From the NCBI RefSeq assembly GCF_021869535.1, contig NW_026262690.1, positions 53,258,001 to 53,322,000 of the forward strand: a stretch of DNA of 64,000 nucleotides, written 5' to 3'. A model generated the notes under the pieces. It was not told the origin of the DNA, did no database searches, and saw only the letters and a list, made by a program, of their open reading frames with translations. A program made the translations under genes and the position numbers. Below are positions 18,914-37,500 of this stretch, in pieces (positions within the stretch are counted from its first letter, which is position 1; each line of letters starts with the position of its first letter). The DNA is from Mytilus californianus. Lineage: Eukaryota.

Positions 18914-19119
18914 TGACTACAGCACAGTTTTATGCCTTTTTACAAACATTTATGCTGCGAAGTGTTCAGTACTGCATGGACAGTAAATGGATATAGCATT
19001 TAAGATGAACATGAACTTCATGTTAGACATATATAAACTGAATGTAATATCCATGATCGTTAAACAGAACAATAAATCTTCTGCAATAAAACACCTTTTT
19101 TCGTAACAGCATGCATGAT

Positions 19120-19700
19120 TTATTCATTATAGCCGTCCGTTCGTCTGTTCGTCTGCCACAAGTTTGGATTCTGGATGATAATTAAAGTATCGCTTGACCA
19201 AATCTTTTGAAAATAATGTCATCGACCATTAAATATAGGTCATGTTTGGTTTTGGTGATTTTGGCATTTACCGATCTAGATTTTTTACCCTTATAGTTAC
19301 CTTTAACATTGTGTTCTCTTCCGCTTCCGGATATCGATGATAATTAAAATATTGCTAGACTAAATCATTCGAAACTTAAACACAATGTCATAGACCATAC
19401 AATACAGGTCTAGATCGATTTTTGTGGTTTTAAAGTTATGCCTTAGTAGTTACTTTTAAGATTGGCATTGTACCACTTATCAATTAATTTGAAATCTGAA
19501 CACAATGTCATATGGATCGTCAAATAAAGGCCATATTGCATGTTGATGGTCTGACATATATATCGATTAAGAGTAATGCCACTTAAAAAATTGACAATTT
19601 GGGTTGCCAATGATAATTAAAGTCCTTCTTGACCAAATCTTTAAACATTTGAACACAGTTTCGTGGATCACTCGATCACCAAATTCTAGTTTATCATATA
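19120..19700. mobile_element. Degenerate HINE-like element with internal repeats
   Basis: CCGTCCGTTCGTCTG microsatellite; recurrent GATAATTAAA...TTGACCAAATC units. Confidence 0.4.
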
Positions 19701-19894
19701 TATGCATACATTGGTTCAGTAATTTTGATAACAGTATAATTACCAGAAACTCGCTTCATATGACTTTGAATGGAATTAAGAGAGATCTTTACTAAGTTTG
19801 GCCTTAAAACTGGCTTAGTGATTCAAAATAACACACAACTTGGTGCCAATAGGAATGCCTACATCATACAATACTATAGTACTAAAAGACATGA

Positions 19895-20130
19895 TCCCGG
19901 GTGCGGGATTTTAATTTTAGTTTCTTGTGTACAATTTGGAGTTTAGTATGGCGTTCATTATCACTGAACTAGTATATATATTTGTTTAGGGGCCAGCTGA
20001 AGGACGCCTCCGGGTGCGGGAATTTCTCGCTGCATTGAAGACCTGTTGGTGACCTTCTCCTGTTGTCTGTTCTATGGTCGGGTTGTTGTCTCTTTGACAC
20101 ATTCCCCATTTCCATTCTCAATTTTATTTA
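19895..20130 (+). repeat. Dispersed repeat family R2
   Basis: GGGGCCAGCTGAAGGACGCCTCCGGGTGCGGGA...CCATTCTCAATTTTATT; near-identical second copy at about 23495-23642. Confidence 0.85.
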
Positions 20131-21478
20131 TGATTGGTTTCCATATCAGCACAACCAATTTATACTTATAGCATTCTGGACAATCATTGCGAGTTTTCTT
20201 CCAAACGATCTTATTAAACTTTGTGTTACTCATACCAGTTTGTTTTCCGTCTGGAATGCTGCTATTAAAAAGCCTCCCCTGAGCTGATTTTCACCGCCAG
20301 TTCTTCTATGTACCATTTGGTTTTTCCGCTGATCGACATTATACCTGTTTGGGTTGCTAACCTAATTTTGTCAATATAACGGAAATATAAACAACCGTCA
20401 TACAAAAGGAAGTTTTAGCTAGCAATAAAACCAGGTTTAACCCACCATTTTCTTCGGGAAATGCCTTACAACGTCAGGAATATGGCAATTTATTTTCACT
20501 TGTTCCTTTGATTTATAGCGTTTGATTTTGTCAGTTTTTATGGACTTCCCCTTTTTTTAATTTGTCTTAGAGTTCAGTGATTTTGTTATACTTTTTTTAT
20601 AAAGGGGAAGGATTGAGATATAAAAAAAATACCCTGCCATGTTAAATTGTCTGACGTAATTTAAAAACTTCGTCTGAGATTGTTTGCCTTTTTATTTTGT
20701 TACTTTTTTGTTTTCTTTAATACATCAGTTGTTGTTGTCAAATCTTTAGTAATCTATTAATCAAATTAAACGGTGCAAATAAACTCATCATATATTAATT
20801 ATACTGTACCAGATGGCTATTTCGACAATACATGTCTCTTCAGTGATGCTTGAGGTCAAAATATTTGAAAACCAAAACATATAGAAACGTTGAGGGGTTG
20901 ATATAATCGAATTGCCTAATCCGTGCACGGAATCAGAGCTATGGCCGACGGATATGCCTTCCCAGAGACCTATATATACACACATATATATATATATATG
21001 TATATATGTCTCTGGCCTTCCTTAATTTCTATATTTTCTTAAGTTTTACAACAGCTTATTCAGATAAAACAATATCCGTATTTTTATGCCAGCACCAAGA
21101 CTATATCCTGTTACAAACTTATTCGGGGCGATTAAGTTAGCACTCCAAAGTTAGGAAATAAAATCAAAACTGACCCACAAAATGTTTAATCATCTTCTAT
21201 TCCTGGCTTTCTAATACATTAAGCCAACTGTTTGTGTCATACATATGCATATGTATTTAATCAGTATCTTCCATAGATTTGATTTTCAACAGTTAAAATG
21301 GTGAAATATAATATATGTATCCAAGGCAACATTCCGCATTTATTTATCATAAAATATTGCAAAAAGGGGCACAAAATGTCATAAATTCCCCAAAATTTGG
21401 TTAAAACTAGAATTTCAATCACTTAAAGTGATAAATTTTCTGAAATTATTGACATTAATCTATCAAATGATTAAATAA

Positions 21479-22775
21479 CTAGAGGCTCTAAAGAGCCTGT
21501 GTCGCTCACTTTGGTCTATGTGCATATTAAACAATGGACACAGATGGATTCATGACAATATTGTGTTTTGGTGATGGTGATGTGTTTGTAGATCTTACTT
21601 TACTGAACATTCTTGCTCCTTACTATTATCTCTATCTATAATGAACTTGGCCCAGTAGTTACAGTGGAAAATATTTTGTAAAAATTTACAAAAATTTACA
21701 AAATTTATGAAAATTGTAAAAAATTGACTATAAAGGGCAATAACTCCTTAAGGGGTCAATTGACAATTTTGGTCATATTGACTTATTTGTAGATCTAACT
21801 TTGCTGTACATTATTGCTGTTTACAGTTTATCTCTATCTATAATAATATTCAAGATAATAACCAAAAGCTGCAAAATTTTCTTAAAATTACCAATTCAGG
21901 GGCAGCAACCCAACAACATGTTGCCTGATTGGTCTGAAAATTTCAGGGCAGATAGATCTTGACCTAATGAACAATTTTATACCATCAGATTTGCTCTAAA
22001 TGCTTTGGTTTTAGAGATATGAGCCAAAAACTGCATTTTACCCTATGTATTATTTTTTTGCCATGTCGGCCATCTTGGTTTGCGGGCAGGGTCATCGGAC
22101 ACATTTTTTAAACTAGATACCCTAATGATGATTGTGGACAATTTTGGTTAAATTTGTCTTAGTAGTTTCAGAGGAGAAGATTTTTGTAAAAGATTACAAA
22201 AATTTACGAAAAATGGTTAAAAATTGACTATAAAGGGCAATAACTCCTTAAGAGGTCAACTGACCATTTTGGTCAAGTTGACTTATTTGTAGATCATACT
22301 TTGCTGAACATTATTGCTGTTTACAGTTTATCTCTATCTATAATAATATTCAAGATAATAACCAAAAACGGCAAAATTTCCTTAAAATTACCAATTCAGG
22401 GGCAGCAACCCAACAACGGGTTGTCCGATTCATCTGAAAATTTCAGGGCAGATAGATCTTGACCTGATAAACAATTTTACCCCATGTCAGATTTGCTCTT
22501 AATGCTTTGGTTTCAGAGATATAAGCCAAAATCTACATTTTACCCCTATGTTCTATTTTTAGCCATGGCGGCCATCTTGGTTGGTTGGCGGGGTCATCGG
22601 ACACATTTTTTAAACTAGATACCCCAATGATGATTGTGGCCAAGTTTGGTCAAATTTGGCTCAGTAGTTTCAGAGGAGAAGATTTTTGTAAAAGTTTACG
22701 GACGACGGACGACGGACGACGGACGCAAAGTGATGAGAAAAGCTCACTTGACCTTTCAGGTCAGGTGAGCTAAAA
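21479..22775 (-). mobile_element. Helentron-associated non-autonomous element (HINE/DINE-1-like) with a 500-bp internal tandem duplication
   Basis: GCTCAC/GTGAGC sub-terminal inverted repeats, terminal hairpins AGGCTC-TAAA-GAGCCT and GACCT-TTC-AGGTC, (GGAC/GAC)n microsatellite, CTAG end; AAATTGACTATAAAGGGCAATAACTCC at 21721 and 22221. Confidence 0.85.
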
Positions 22776-23494
22776 ATTGGGCATCTTTATATATCTTTAT
22801 TTCTCAACAAACAAAATTACATTGGTATAGAGATACACACAATAAATATTACATTATGTATATGTTACGAAAGCAAGGCAAAGGCAAATATCACAAATTA
22901 CAGTATACAGATTAAACTAAATGGTACCAAGTACATAAGTTACACAGGAGAGCCTACATGCATATTAAATAGTCTTATAAATTTACACAATTCACAAAGA
23001 TTTTTGCTATTCATCAGTTTATTAAATTTTTATGAATTTGGTTCATTTGCATATTTTTTTCTCAATAACTGTTAACGGTCATCATTAAATACAGAACATG
23101 TAAAAAATATAATGAAATTCATCTCCGATGTCACCGGGGTAACAAAGTAAGCATTTCCTATTTTCTCTTGCAATATTTTGCCATCTACCACTCTCAATAG
23201 GAAATCTATGATTTCTTGTTCTCAACCTCATTTTTTCGTAAATTTAAGTCACAAAGTTCGTGCGACAACAAGGTGGAAAAACATTCCAATAATTTCTGTC
23301 AGAAAAAAAACCACAATACATACATTACACAATCTTGGTGTTCATATAAACCCATTTTGAAGGCCATGTTAATCATCTGCTATCCAAAAATTAATTTCAT
23401 TGCACACTAGAATTCCAATTTTTCAAAATGCGAAAATACACATCTAACTGTGGAGTGCTACCTAAGAGATTGGCATACGCTTATGCTCTTTTCT

Positions 23495-23642
23495 ATGTTT
23501 TAGGGGCCAGCTGAAGGACGCCTCCGGGTGCGGGAGTTTCTCGCTGCATTGAAGACCCATTGGTGGCCTTCGGCTGTTGTCTGCTCTATGGTCGGGTTGT
23601 TGTCTCTTTGACACATTCCCCATTTCCATTCTCAATTTTATT
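23495..23642 (+). repeat. Dispersed repeat family R2, copy 2
   Basis: Matches about 19985-20130. Confidence 0.85.
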
Positions 23643-24827
23643 GAAATACGTACGTTGTTTTTTAGATAACTATCCATATTTAAAAAAAGGAGAAAAGATA
23701 CAAAAAAGGAGCAATAAAAACTTTAAGTCAAAGAAAAACACACATTGCCCAAAGAAAAAATGTCAAAAGACAAAGAACTGTCTACAAAAAACTGCACAGA
23801 AAACTGACAATTGAGCAACACGAACGACATCTATTAATTCTTATATTTTGCTGAGCTATTTGCTATTATTTAGAGCTTGTTTTTCTCTCTACAATTATCA
23901 GTGCTGTTCCTGTTGCTCAATTTATTTTTTATGCTTTTAATTTGTGTATTTTGTCAATCATTATGCTTCTATGTGTGCTCATTTGTTTTTGCTTTTTATT
24001 ATGCTACATGCTTTTATGGTTTTTGTTTGTACCCGTATATACGCAGATGTTTTAAATTATACGCTCGTGTTGCTTATTGATATGCATATATTTCCCGATT
24101 TTAATCAAAATTTACTTACTTTACTTACTTACAGACCTTAGTTTTTTCCATTGGTGCATCTCCAAAATTTGATATTATGTTTCTGATTTAACGAATGATG
24201 GATATAAATATTTGTTAAACATATGCTTTAACCAGATCAAAATGCGTCCACGAATTTTCATCAAACGACAATATATTTTAGTGACATGTATATTAACTGT
24301 TATCGATTTCGGAAAATATATATTATTCAAACCTGTAATGTATTTTTAATCATTTGTATTGTTTATTGGTTTATCACAAATCAGAGTTGATATTATTGTG
24401 TTGTGCGATTATATTGATAAAAAATCAATATCAACATAATATGGTTATATAAGAATTTCGATACTTTCACCTGCATGTTGGAACAGGTAAGACAATGAAT
24501 AATATACTTGATCTTTACCTATACGGATTTGGTGGTTTTCATTTTCTAATCCACATTTAATCATATGTATGCCTATTTTAAAAGGTATTGTATTATATTA
24601 CAATGAAATTACTATTTTTTATTTTTAAATTGTATAATGTATTTAAGTATGTTAATTTTTGTAATCCTCTTTTCCTAACGTTGTCAAGAAAATATTACCC
24701 TTTAAGGTACCTCTATTAATTTGGAATCCGTTTGATGGTAATACTGGATATATTGAATCAACAGGTGAAAACCAGAGATTTATGTCCACTTCGCTGTTAG
24801 CCACCAACCAGTCAGAACGTCACCAAA

Positions 24828-28902
<4,075 letters not shown>

Positions 28903-28987
28903 AAGACATGCCAAAACACTACAGTCTTCCGGTGGAAAAACTGAAAGCTTTCGTACAGATTTTATTTTTAGACGATTTTCTACCATG

Positions 28988-28993
28988 AATAAA
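28988..28993 (+). terminator. Candidate poly(A) signal, gene 3
   Basis: AATAAA 85 nt after the stop codon. Confidence 0.45.
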
Positions 28994-30007
28994 AGATATC
29001 ATTTTCCACCATGAACAACAACTGAAAATTTGCCATCCATCTATGTACATTGTATTTATTTATTGTTAAATATTGTGTAATTATGATTTTGTTCTGTTAT
29101 ATTAAATATTTTTTTTTGTTAAGATCGTGAATCTGACATTATTCTACATATTATTGCCCTGTGACTTACATCACGTGTATAAATATATAGTATCAGCATG
29201 TTTAGTACTTTGAGACGTCTAGAGGTCGGTCAACTTAATATATAAGTGCCAATACGAGATGTAATGTTGTCATTCGTCGCCGAGTGTAGAAAAATTGAGG
29301 TGAAACAGGGACTATAAAAAAATTGCCATCATCTCCAAATTCCCTAAATGAAAATAAACATAAAGATATAACGAAAGGAAACAATTTTTTATGAGGTTTC
29401 TCACTTGGGACAGACAAATGAGCATGGCTTATCTGAATTTGTTTTTTTTAAGATTCTTTACTCCTGGTTGGATAAAGATAGATTGAACGTACTACTGTAC
29501 TAGTAGGGATAATGTTACACTTTCAGGACGGTGTTTGGTGATCCCTGACGTAAAATCAGTATTATTCAGGTTGATTATATATTTTGCATAAATTTCGTGA
29601 TTGGGCATATATAATGTAGACATGCTGTTGTATTCTTATTTCTCTTGGGAGTACACTTCAAAAACTTTGTAAGAGGACATGATCGAGCCTGTAGTACAGT
29701 GGTTGTCGTTGGTTGGTGACTGCCATACTAATTTTTCGTTTATCGTGGTCGTGTAAATTAGGTTTGTTGGTCTGATTTTAGGAATCGTTTTGAATTTTGT
29801 CATCCCTGGGTCTTTTATAGCTTATTATACGATATGTGCTTTTCAAGTTACATATTGTTAAAGGTGTAATTATTCACATCTGTTGTTTTTTCTTTTGTTT
29901 TTTATTGAATGATTGTCTCATTGACAAGCATACTGTATTTTCCTTATTTGTTTATATGGTAGTTTAAGTCATTAGATCCGATCTTGATATCAGTTCCAAG
30001 TAATTTG

Positions 30008-30360
30008 CCCCTGTCTAGTCTCAAAAGTAAAATCTTAAATTTTCAAAAGTAAAAAGCCAAAAGATTGTTAGATATTCACCAGGAAAGCTCAAAACCAAAT
30101 ATGTGAAAGCCAAAGATTTAAGAGCTTTATGACCAAAAGATTGTTAGATAATTCTAACAATCTTTTGGTCATATAGCTCTTAGGTCTTTGGCTTTCACAT
30201 ATTTGGTTTTGAGCTTTCCTGATGAAGGTTCATATAATTTCGTGATTGTTTATGATAATTCTCTAATGGATATAAGTAATTCCCTATTGGAGGATTCAGA
30301 AGTAGCATTGGCTTTTTACTGTTGAAAATTTAAGATTTTACTTTTGAGACTAGACAGGGG
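30008..30360. mobile_element. MITE with 53-bp TIRs containing a 72-bp-arm fold-back
   Basis: TIRs 30008-30060 and 30308-30360 (1 mismatch); inner arms 30077-30148 and 30153-30224. Confidence 0.85.
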
Positions 30361-33300
30361 AAAACTACTATTCATGCATAAAATATAAAGAAATAAATTT
30401 GGAAAGTGTATGAAAAAAATTGCATGTTATACACTATCCACACTAGGGACTATATTTGTAGACAACGAAAATCAAAGGACGATAACTGTGTCCTCGGACC
30501 AACAGTCCACCAGCAATGGTATCGACTTAGTACTAGTATATAATAAATAACGCTTTATCAATTTCGTGCGTCCGAAGCACCTGTCTGGATTTACCTTCTT
30601 CAAGAACGCTCAAACCAAAGCATTTGAAGGCCCCGGATGTATAAGACATAAACCTGTAAAGAGCTATATGACCACAAGATTGCCAAAAAAAAAAAACCGT
30701 ACGGAAGCACTGACTATTGAAGTACAGAAACAGTATTAGATTAGAAAACGACGTGATTTCACAAGCATGAATAAACAAAACTGCAAACAAACAAACAGTT
30801 TTTATGCGGCAATAAAGTACATGTACATTTGTGTAAGCCTACAATTAATCAGACTCAAAGAACTTAATCTGCTTCTATGAAACCACGTCGTTCTACACTC
30901 TAATAGCGGTCTGTGAACTTGACAGAAGATTCGATACAGCAATAACATAAACAGTATAGGAAGACTTGACATGGCACAATGCCTTAAAAACAAATACAAA
31001 ACTGCAATGCCGAAAAAGAAAGGAACATTTTAGGATTTCTTCAAACACAAATAGCAAATTGATGCATACAACATTTACGTTGGTGGTTTGTACGCGTTTG
31101 TTTGCGCTTTGCAGTTGTTCCAATCCTTAAATCTTTGATACTGTCTTTTGCTTCAGTAATATTTCTTGTATATTTGACCACATTATTACATTTGTTAAAC
31201 AAGCCACTGCAGATAGAGCTCCACTTCTCTAAATATCTTAAACTGGAGCGATTTTTAAAAAAACAAGGCTGAAACGTCTTAACGTATTGTACAACACTGA
31301 CCGTTACTCGCGTATTAATGTACAACGATACAATATCGACTTTATACCAACGCTTTTCGAAAATCATCGAAATACATAAGAAATGTCACAAAGTTTAATT
31401 AGACTACTTATATATGACACATCATGAGTGCTTTATGAAGTAGAAATAAGATATTAGGTAGCAGCTTCTACAAAGAGACGTTATACACTGCTAATTGATT
31501 TTGTATTTGTCTGGTTTTTTTTACAGTTGTCTACCCTGATTTCAAGTTTCTAACACTGAGTGTTGGTTCAGTTTGTCTTTCAGATATATTTGTCTTTGAT
31601 CATATTTTTTTCCTTCTGTTAAATCCAGCGGCTACATATAGAGCTCTACGTTTGTACTTTTCGAGTTAAAGAAAAATATAACATATTTCATAATACCTAA
31701 AAAATTATAACGAAAAGAAAGAATATGTAAAAGAAAAAATTAATACCAAGGCAAAATATAAAAAAGTAAGCTATACGACAGCCAACTGACCTTATATATA
31801 CTAGAGTTATAGTTATTGCAAAATGGTATATGTGTGAGCCTTTAGTTTATGGACCAAAGTTGTACTAATTTCCTGTCTTTACGTTTAGAATGAGAAATAC
31901 ATGTGGGAAGAAGAGAAATCAAATATTAGAATGTTTTTGCTTTCACACATTTGAATTCTTTAATATCCACATCCGACTCAAAATCAGGGGCGGTAATAAT
32001 TTTATCAAGTTATCTGCGGTCCGTATAGGGTAAAAACAGAAAACTTGCTAAATTCAACCGAGCAGACCAAGACAACTTTTTTCTTTTAGACGATTTGGTG
32101 CTAAAAAATATATTTTCCAATCAAAGTGGGCGTGCGCCCTCTTTGCACCCTGAATCTGCCACTGTTAGAGCCCTACATTAGGTATATAGTTACTGTACTA
32201 AATTTGGAACGATGTTTTGGTAAACTCAGAATCTTGACATGCTTTGTAAGGACATGTAATTTGGTTACCAAGAGTGAAATCTAGAAGTTAGTAATTGTGG
32301 TTGAAATTTAAATCATTGTTCGAAATTTTCTTAGTGAGTGTTCTTTGAGTATAATTAGGTTACTAAAAGGTTTCCAAGTGAAAGCTCAACCTTATGCCCG
32401 TATCAAACGGTTTATATAATGTGATTTAAAGAGAAAAAATATATTGTTTGGGGCTTTGTCATTTTAGACATCAGCATCATTATCATGAAGGAATATAGGT
32501 GTTTTCGTAAAAACTATTAAGGAACTGAATGTTCACACGAGATTTATGAAGATAATGTTTGCCTAATAATATAACAAGTAGAAAAAAAGGAAATAGAAAT
32601 CAAAGGACATATGTAAATCTCAAGCAACAAGACATGTAATGGACGAACAAATAACGAAAGGCGTAAATAGACAACAAAACATCCAACTAATGTTTGTGCA
32701 ATAGTCATGATAATAGTTAAGTAACGATTGATAATGGTTTGCTTAATATCCAATGAACAATCATGTAGTAAAGATATTTTGTAAAATTTTACCACGAAAA
32801 CTGCTTAAACAAGGATATGCACAAGCGAACTGTATTCGAAAGATTAGGACTGTCATACTTAATCAATCTTATAGTCTCTGAGATGTGCCGGTTAACCGTC
32901 TCATAATATGTCTTGACCAAGGTTGTCATATAGCTCTGATCAATATGTATATCGACAAATGATGGATCATAATACATGTCTGGTTTTTGGTAGGTCGTAT
33001 TGATTTGTCTGTTATATTTCCATGTATGTGCCTTTTGCTAGACAACTGATTGTGATTAACTGGAGGATTCAGGTAGCCTGTATCGTTTAGCCGGTAATCT
33101 TTTAATCAGAACATAAGAATGCCTTTAGGAGCCATTACTTTAGTTACAATTTTCAGAAAAGACGTTGAAAATATGACTTTCCATAGAGTTTAATGGGATC
33201 TATTTGCCCCCGATCAACATTAAACCAGGATCGTTTGTATATCACCGACCTGTTAAGGTTCAAAACATGTCGCTTATATTTTGAGGAGACATTTTTTTAA

Positions 33301-34557
33301 ATTGGCCAATCAGACTGAAATATTGTTTCAGGAGTGCGTTTTCCGTCCGATTAGAATGAAATGAAGAAATTTTGTAAAGACCCTACGTATTTAAATTATG
33401 TTTGTCAAGTTTAATTAAACTTATGTAGTGAAAAAGAAATTAAAGAAAATAATATTTCTCTCAGGGTTTCGATATAAAAACAAGAAGATGTGGTATGATT
33501 GCCAATGAGACTCAGAGACCAAATGACAAAGAAGTTTACAACTATAGGCCACAGTACGGTCTTCAACAATGAGCAAAACCCATACCGCATAGTAAGCTAT
33601 AATAAAAGACCCCGAAATGACAAATATAAAAAAAATCAAATGAGAAAACTAACAGTCCACTCACATTCCACAGATCAGTACATAAAAATTCAAGAATACG
33701 CAACACGAGCCTCACTAAAAACCGGGTTAATCCCAGGTGCTCCACATGTAGCACTCAGTTGTTTTGTTGCTCGTGGTGGAAAGTACAAATTCGGTGACAA
33801 GCCTTATTCGGTGATTTAACAATCGAAGAAATGATGTCTGGACTGTGGTTACAGCAATTGGAACATATCCATGGTGACAAAGATATGTCACAACCGTCAA
33901 CCAACTCGTGATGCCGTCCGTAAAACTTTCTATACAGATAAACTTTTACATTTCAGCTTGCGTAATTGTATTTTTAATTGTACTTGGCTTGTATATTCAA
34001 GCAGCTTACAATTAGAGACTATATTGAATTATTTGTGCTGTAAATGTTTTTACGATGTTTATTTTATTTGACTATAGATTGGTATTGGGAAAACACAATT
34101 ATTCACTTAACAAAGCACAAAGATACCGGACAGTGGAATTAATTATTACATTAAAAACTCCAGTCATTTACCATTTAAAGACATAACCTTGATCTCTTAA
34201 AACATTAAAATATTTAAACAAAGGTAAAACGTCATTGTGCTTCTGTGATCTAGAATAATACAATTCATACTTAGCTTTAAATGCCATCACAGCTGAATAA
34301 AAAAAAATCAGTATATGAATGTATGAAATCGGATCTGTGAAGTATTGTTCCTATCTTAATCTTTTAATTATACCCAAAACAGCTAAATATTTTAATTTTA
34401 GCTTTATTTCAACACCGATTACGAATTGCTACGCACACCGCATTCAAGTAACATATTGTAACAGTTTTGAATTAGTCTATATATTTTTTTTCGACTGGAG
34501 ATGGCGCTCTGTTAGCACATCCGGGTTTAGAACGAAAGTAAACGTAACATCCTGAAA

Positions 34558-34560
34558 ATG
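34558..34560 (+). CDS. Gene 4 candidate exon 1 (ATG only)
   Basis: ctgaaaATG|gtaagc. Confidence 0.55.
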
Positions 34561-37500
34561 GTAAGCGCACTTTTCTAATTTACTGAATACTTTTTTTTCA
34601 GATTTAAGAACAATTCTCTTGATATGCGTGTTTTGACTTTGATAAATAGTTTTGTTTTCAATTTATACACGACTTTAACTCCATAAATATATTTATTAAG
34701 TGTATATAGTTTCAAGTGGTAGATTGATTTTTATTGTATTGTTATATACGATCTCTTTGAAATTCAATAAAACTCAATTGATCACACATTTTCCATTATT
34801 GTTAAATGTTCATATACAAAGTTTGTTAACAATGTTGTACAAAGTATAACGTAAGTTTTATATTTGATTGCGACTTTTTGTTGAGGATTAACCTACTAAT
34901 TGAATTCTATTTAATAAAATATTCAATGAATTTAATGTTTTGGCACTTCATTTTATTTGATATGTGACATTGATTTGTATTACTAATAAATACGTAGTCT
35001 TGTTAAATGTCATAAGCGTTATTGTATTAATAACTATGTATATAGTGTATACTGTTCGACTGAAAACATTAATCTGCCGTGGATAAATTCTAACACACAT
35101 CTCATTTATTTAGTAACGTACTTGTTCAGATGGATTTAGAATAGTATATATTATAAAAAATAATTTAAAACTGATAAGTTCTTGATTAAATCTGAAGTCT
35201 CAGTGTGCGTTAAGGGACATAAGCTGTCAAACCCATTACCTCCGATTTAACTCAAACTCCTTATTTTGATTTAAGATATACAGCAATAATCACCAGATTA
35301 CAAAAGTTCAATAGGAAACAAAAAACATTGCATGAAATCGTAATAAAGAATCAGCATTTCGTTCGTATTTAAGGACTAGACGCCGTCTAGTTAACCATCG
35401 AGATGACCTCCGAAGACTGCCGATGGTCAAGTGATCCAATATATATATAAATAGACAGACACACACGTACAATGGTAAGATGACGAGTGTTCTATGTCTG
35501 CTTGATTTCGTGTAAATGTAAATCATCATTTAACCTGTATGCGAATGATTTTGTTTTGGGGGTTGACTCTTTTGTTTCACTATTAATTAACGACAATTTA
35601 TTCTTTTTAATTACTGAACATGCTGAGCAAATGCTCAACCAATCCCCAAGTAAGGGTCAAATTAATGGTTGCATGCATACAGACCTAAAATGAGGTCGCA
35701 TTATTGTCTTTCAAATCAATAATATATCAACGATGGTTTGGTCTTATTTTTACAAAATTGAATTTAACTGGCTGCTAATAACGAATTAGTATTTCAATAT
35801 TCTGCGTGGAGAAAAAAACATACTGTAATTTGATGTCTAAATCGAAGTTAATGCTCCTTAAAGGTGGAACATAAACATATTTTTATATTCAAAACATTCG
35901 TCGGATTTTTTTGCAAACAATAACGACGGGATTACATTTGATAACGGTTTCTTTATTATCCGTTGATAAATTTAAAAACTTTTAAGAAAGTAAGGTTTCA
36001 ACTCCTTCAGGCAAAGTCGACATATGGATTTGGCTATGTTTATATCACTTTTGGCCCCAAAGTTCCTGAAAAGCGTTACTGGCGCAACAAATCTATAAAA
36101 TGTTATTTTCATTCACAGGTTATGTTCTTCATCTATTGCTTTTGTCTGAATTATATTTTCTTTGAATGTTTCAACAGAAAAAAAGACAAAGTATCCAGAA
36201 TGATTGTCATGCAAGCCACAGGTTTGGCCTAACAAACTGATTTAAAATAATTCAAGTTTTTTATATCAATGCCTACACTGGGTTTGGAATCACTACCATA
36301 ATGTTATATCATGGCCTGTCAATCTGGTGACTTCTTCTGCAGCAGCTAATGCATTTGACTTTCTATATTTTGTCATTCTTACCCTACCCTACTTTTACAA
36401 CCTTTGTTGCAATAATTCTATATGGTTTGTATAATCTGTTTTGTGTTATATTGGTAATTGGTGCACATTTATTGGCGAGGCTATTTTGTTTATACACTGT
36501 ATGTTTTAAATTTTTCTATTCTCAAGAATGTGGTTGATGGATCTCCGTGATCTACTCTGTATTGGTTCGGATTTAAACACGTGCTTTTGTAGCTACATTT
36601 AATGGCTGCTAACAATTAAATTAAACATTGATATGATCAGTACTTTTTCATTGTTTTCTGTTTGTACTTGAAAGTTTTTAACAATTCCTCTTCTGAAGAT
36701 GTCATATGCTGTATCAATTTCCTTGAATTTTAAGATAAATGCTGTAGATTGTTTGTCTGAAAGATTGCATAGTTAGAAGAGTACAAACGTTACTGCACTG
36801 GATAAAATTTGAAAGATATTTTATTTACTACATTGTATTAAATTTGACAAATGCTTTCTCAAATAAAATTTAAAAAAAACAGTTGTTAAAATTTCTAATT
36901 ATGGCTTATGCATCTATAATGTATTCCATATTGCATATTATGCATTTGTTCTATTGTAGACATCGACCTACGGTCTTACGCCTGTACAAGTAGAAGGTAA
37001 GTATGATGTTATAATTACACATAGACGAGCAGACTAATTGTATTGAAACAACGTGTTGACTTTAGAATTACTGCATTTCATTTATTCTATGCAAATGTTG
37101 ACAAGAATACTAGAAAGTAAACAGTGCAAACGTGAGAACGTATTGACACACTGAATAAATTTTATGAAGTTCAACGTACAATCTCTTGAACTGGGGTTGG
37201 TTGTTGTTTGTCAAAAGCGCATACGTTATATAATCCTTTTGTCTACTTATTCTTTTGGAGGAGGGATGGTCTACCGTATTTGGATGAAATATGATTCAAT
37301 CTAAGATGATATATCAATGCCACTACTTTTGTATGACTATAACTAAAACACCTCTCAGTGGCGGATTGAGTTTTCTCATTACAGGCAACAAGAGGGGCGT
37401 CGACAATTTCAGGAATGTTTGTTTTGTAGCAATGGCGGATCTAAAAAAAACCTGAAAAATAGCATCTTAAGGAATATGCACCTTCTCACGTATATGTTAT

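Noticed and set aside
19985-20030. tRNA or tRNA-derived SINE head in family R2
   Set aside because: No cloverleaf and no convincing Pol III A/B boxes.
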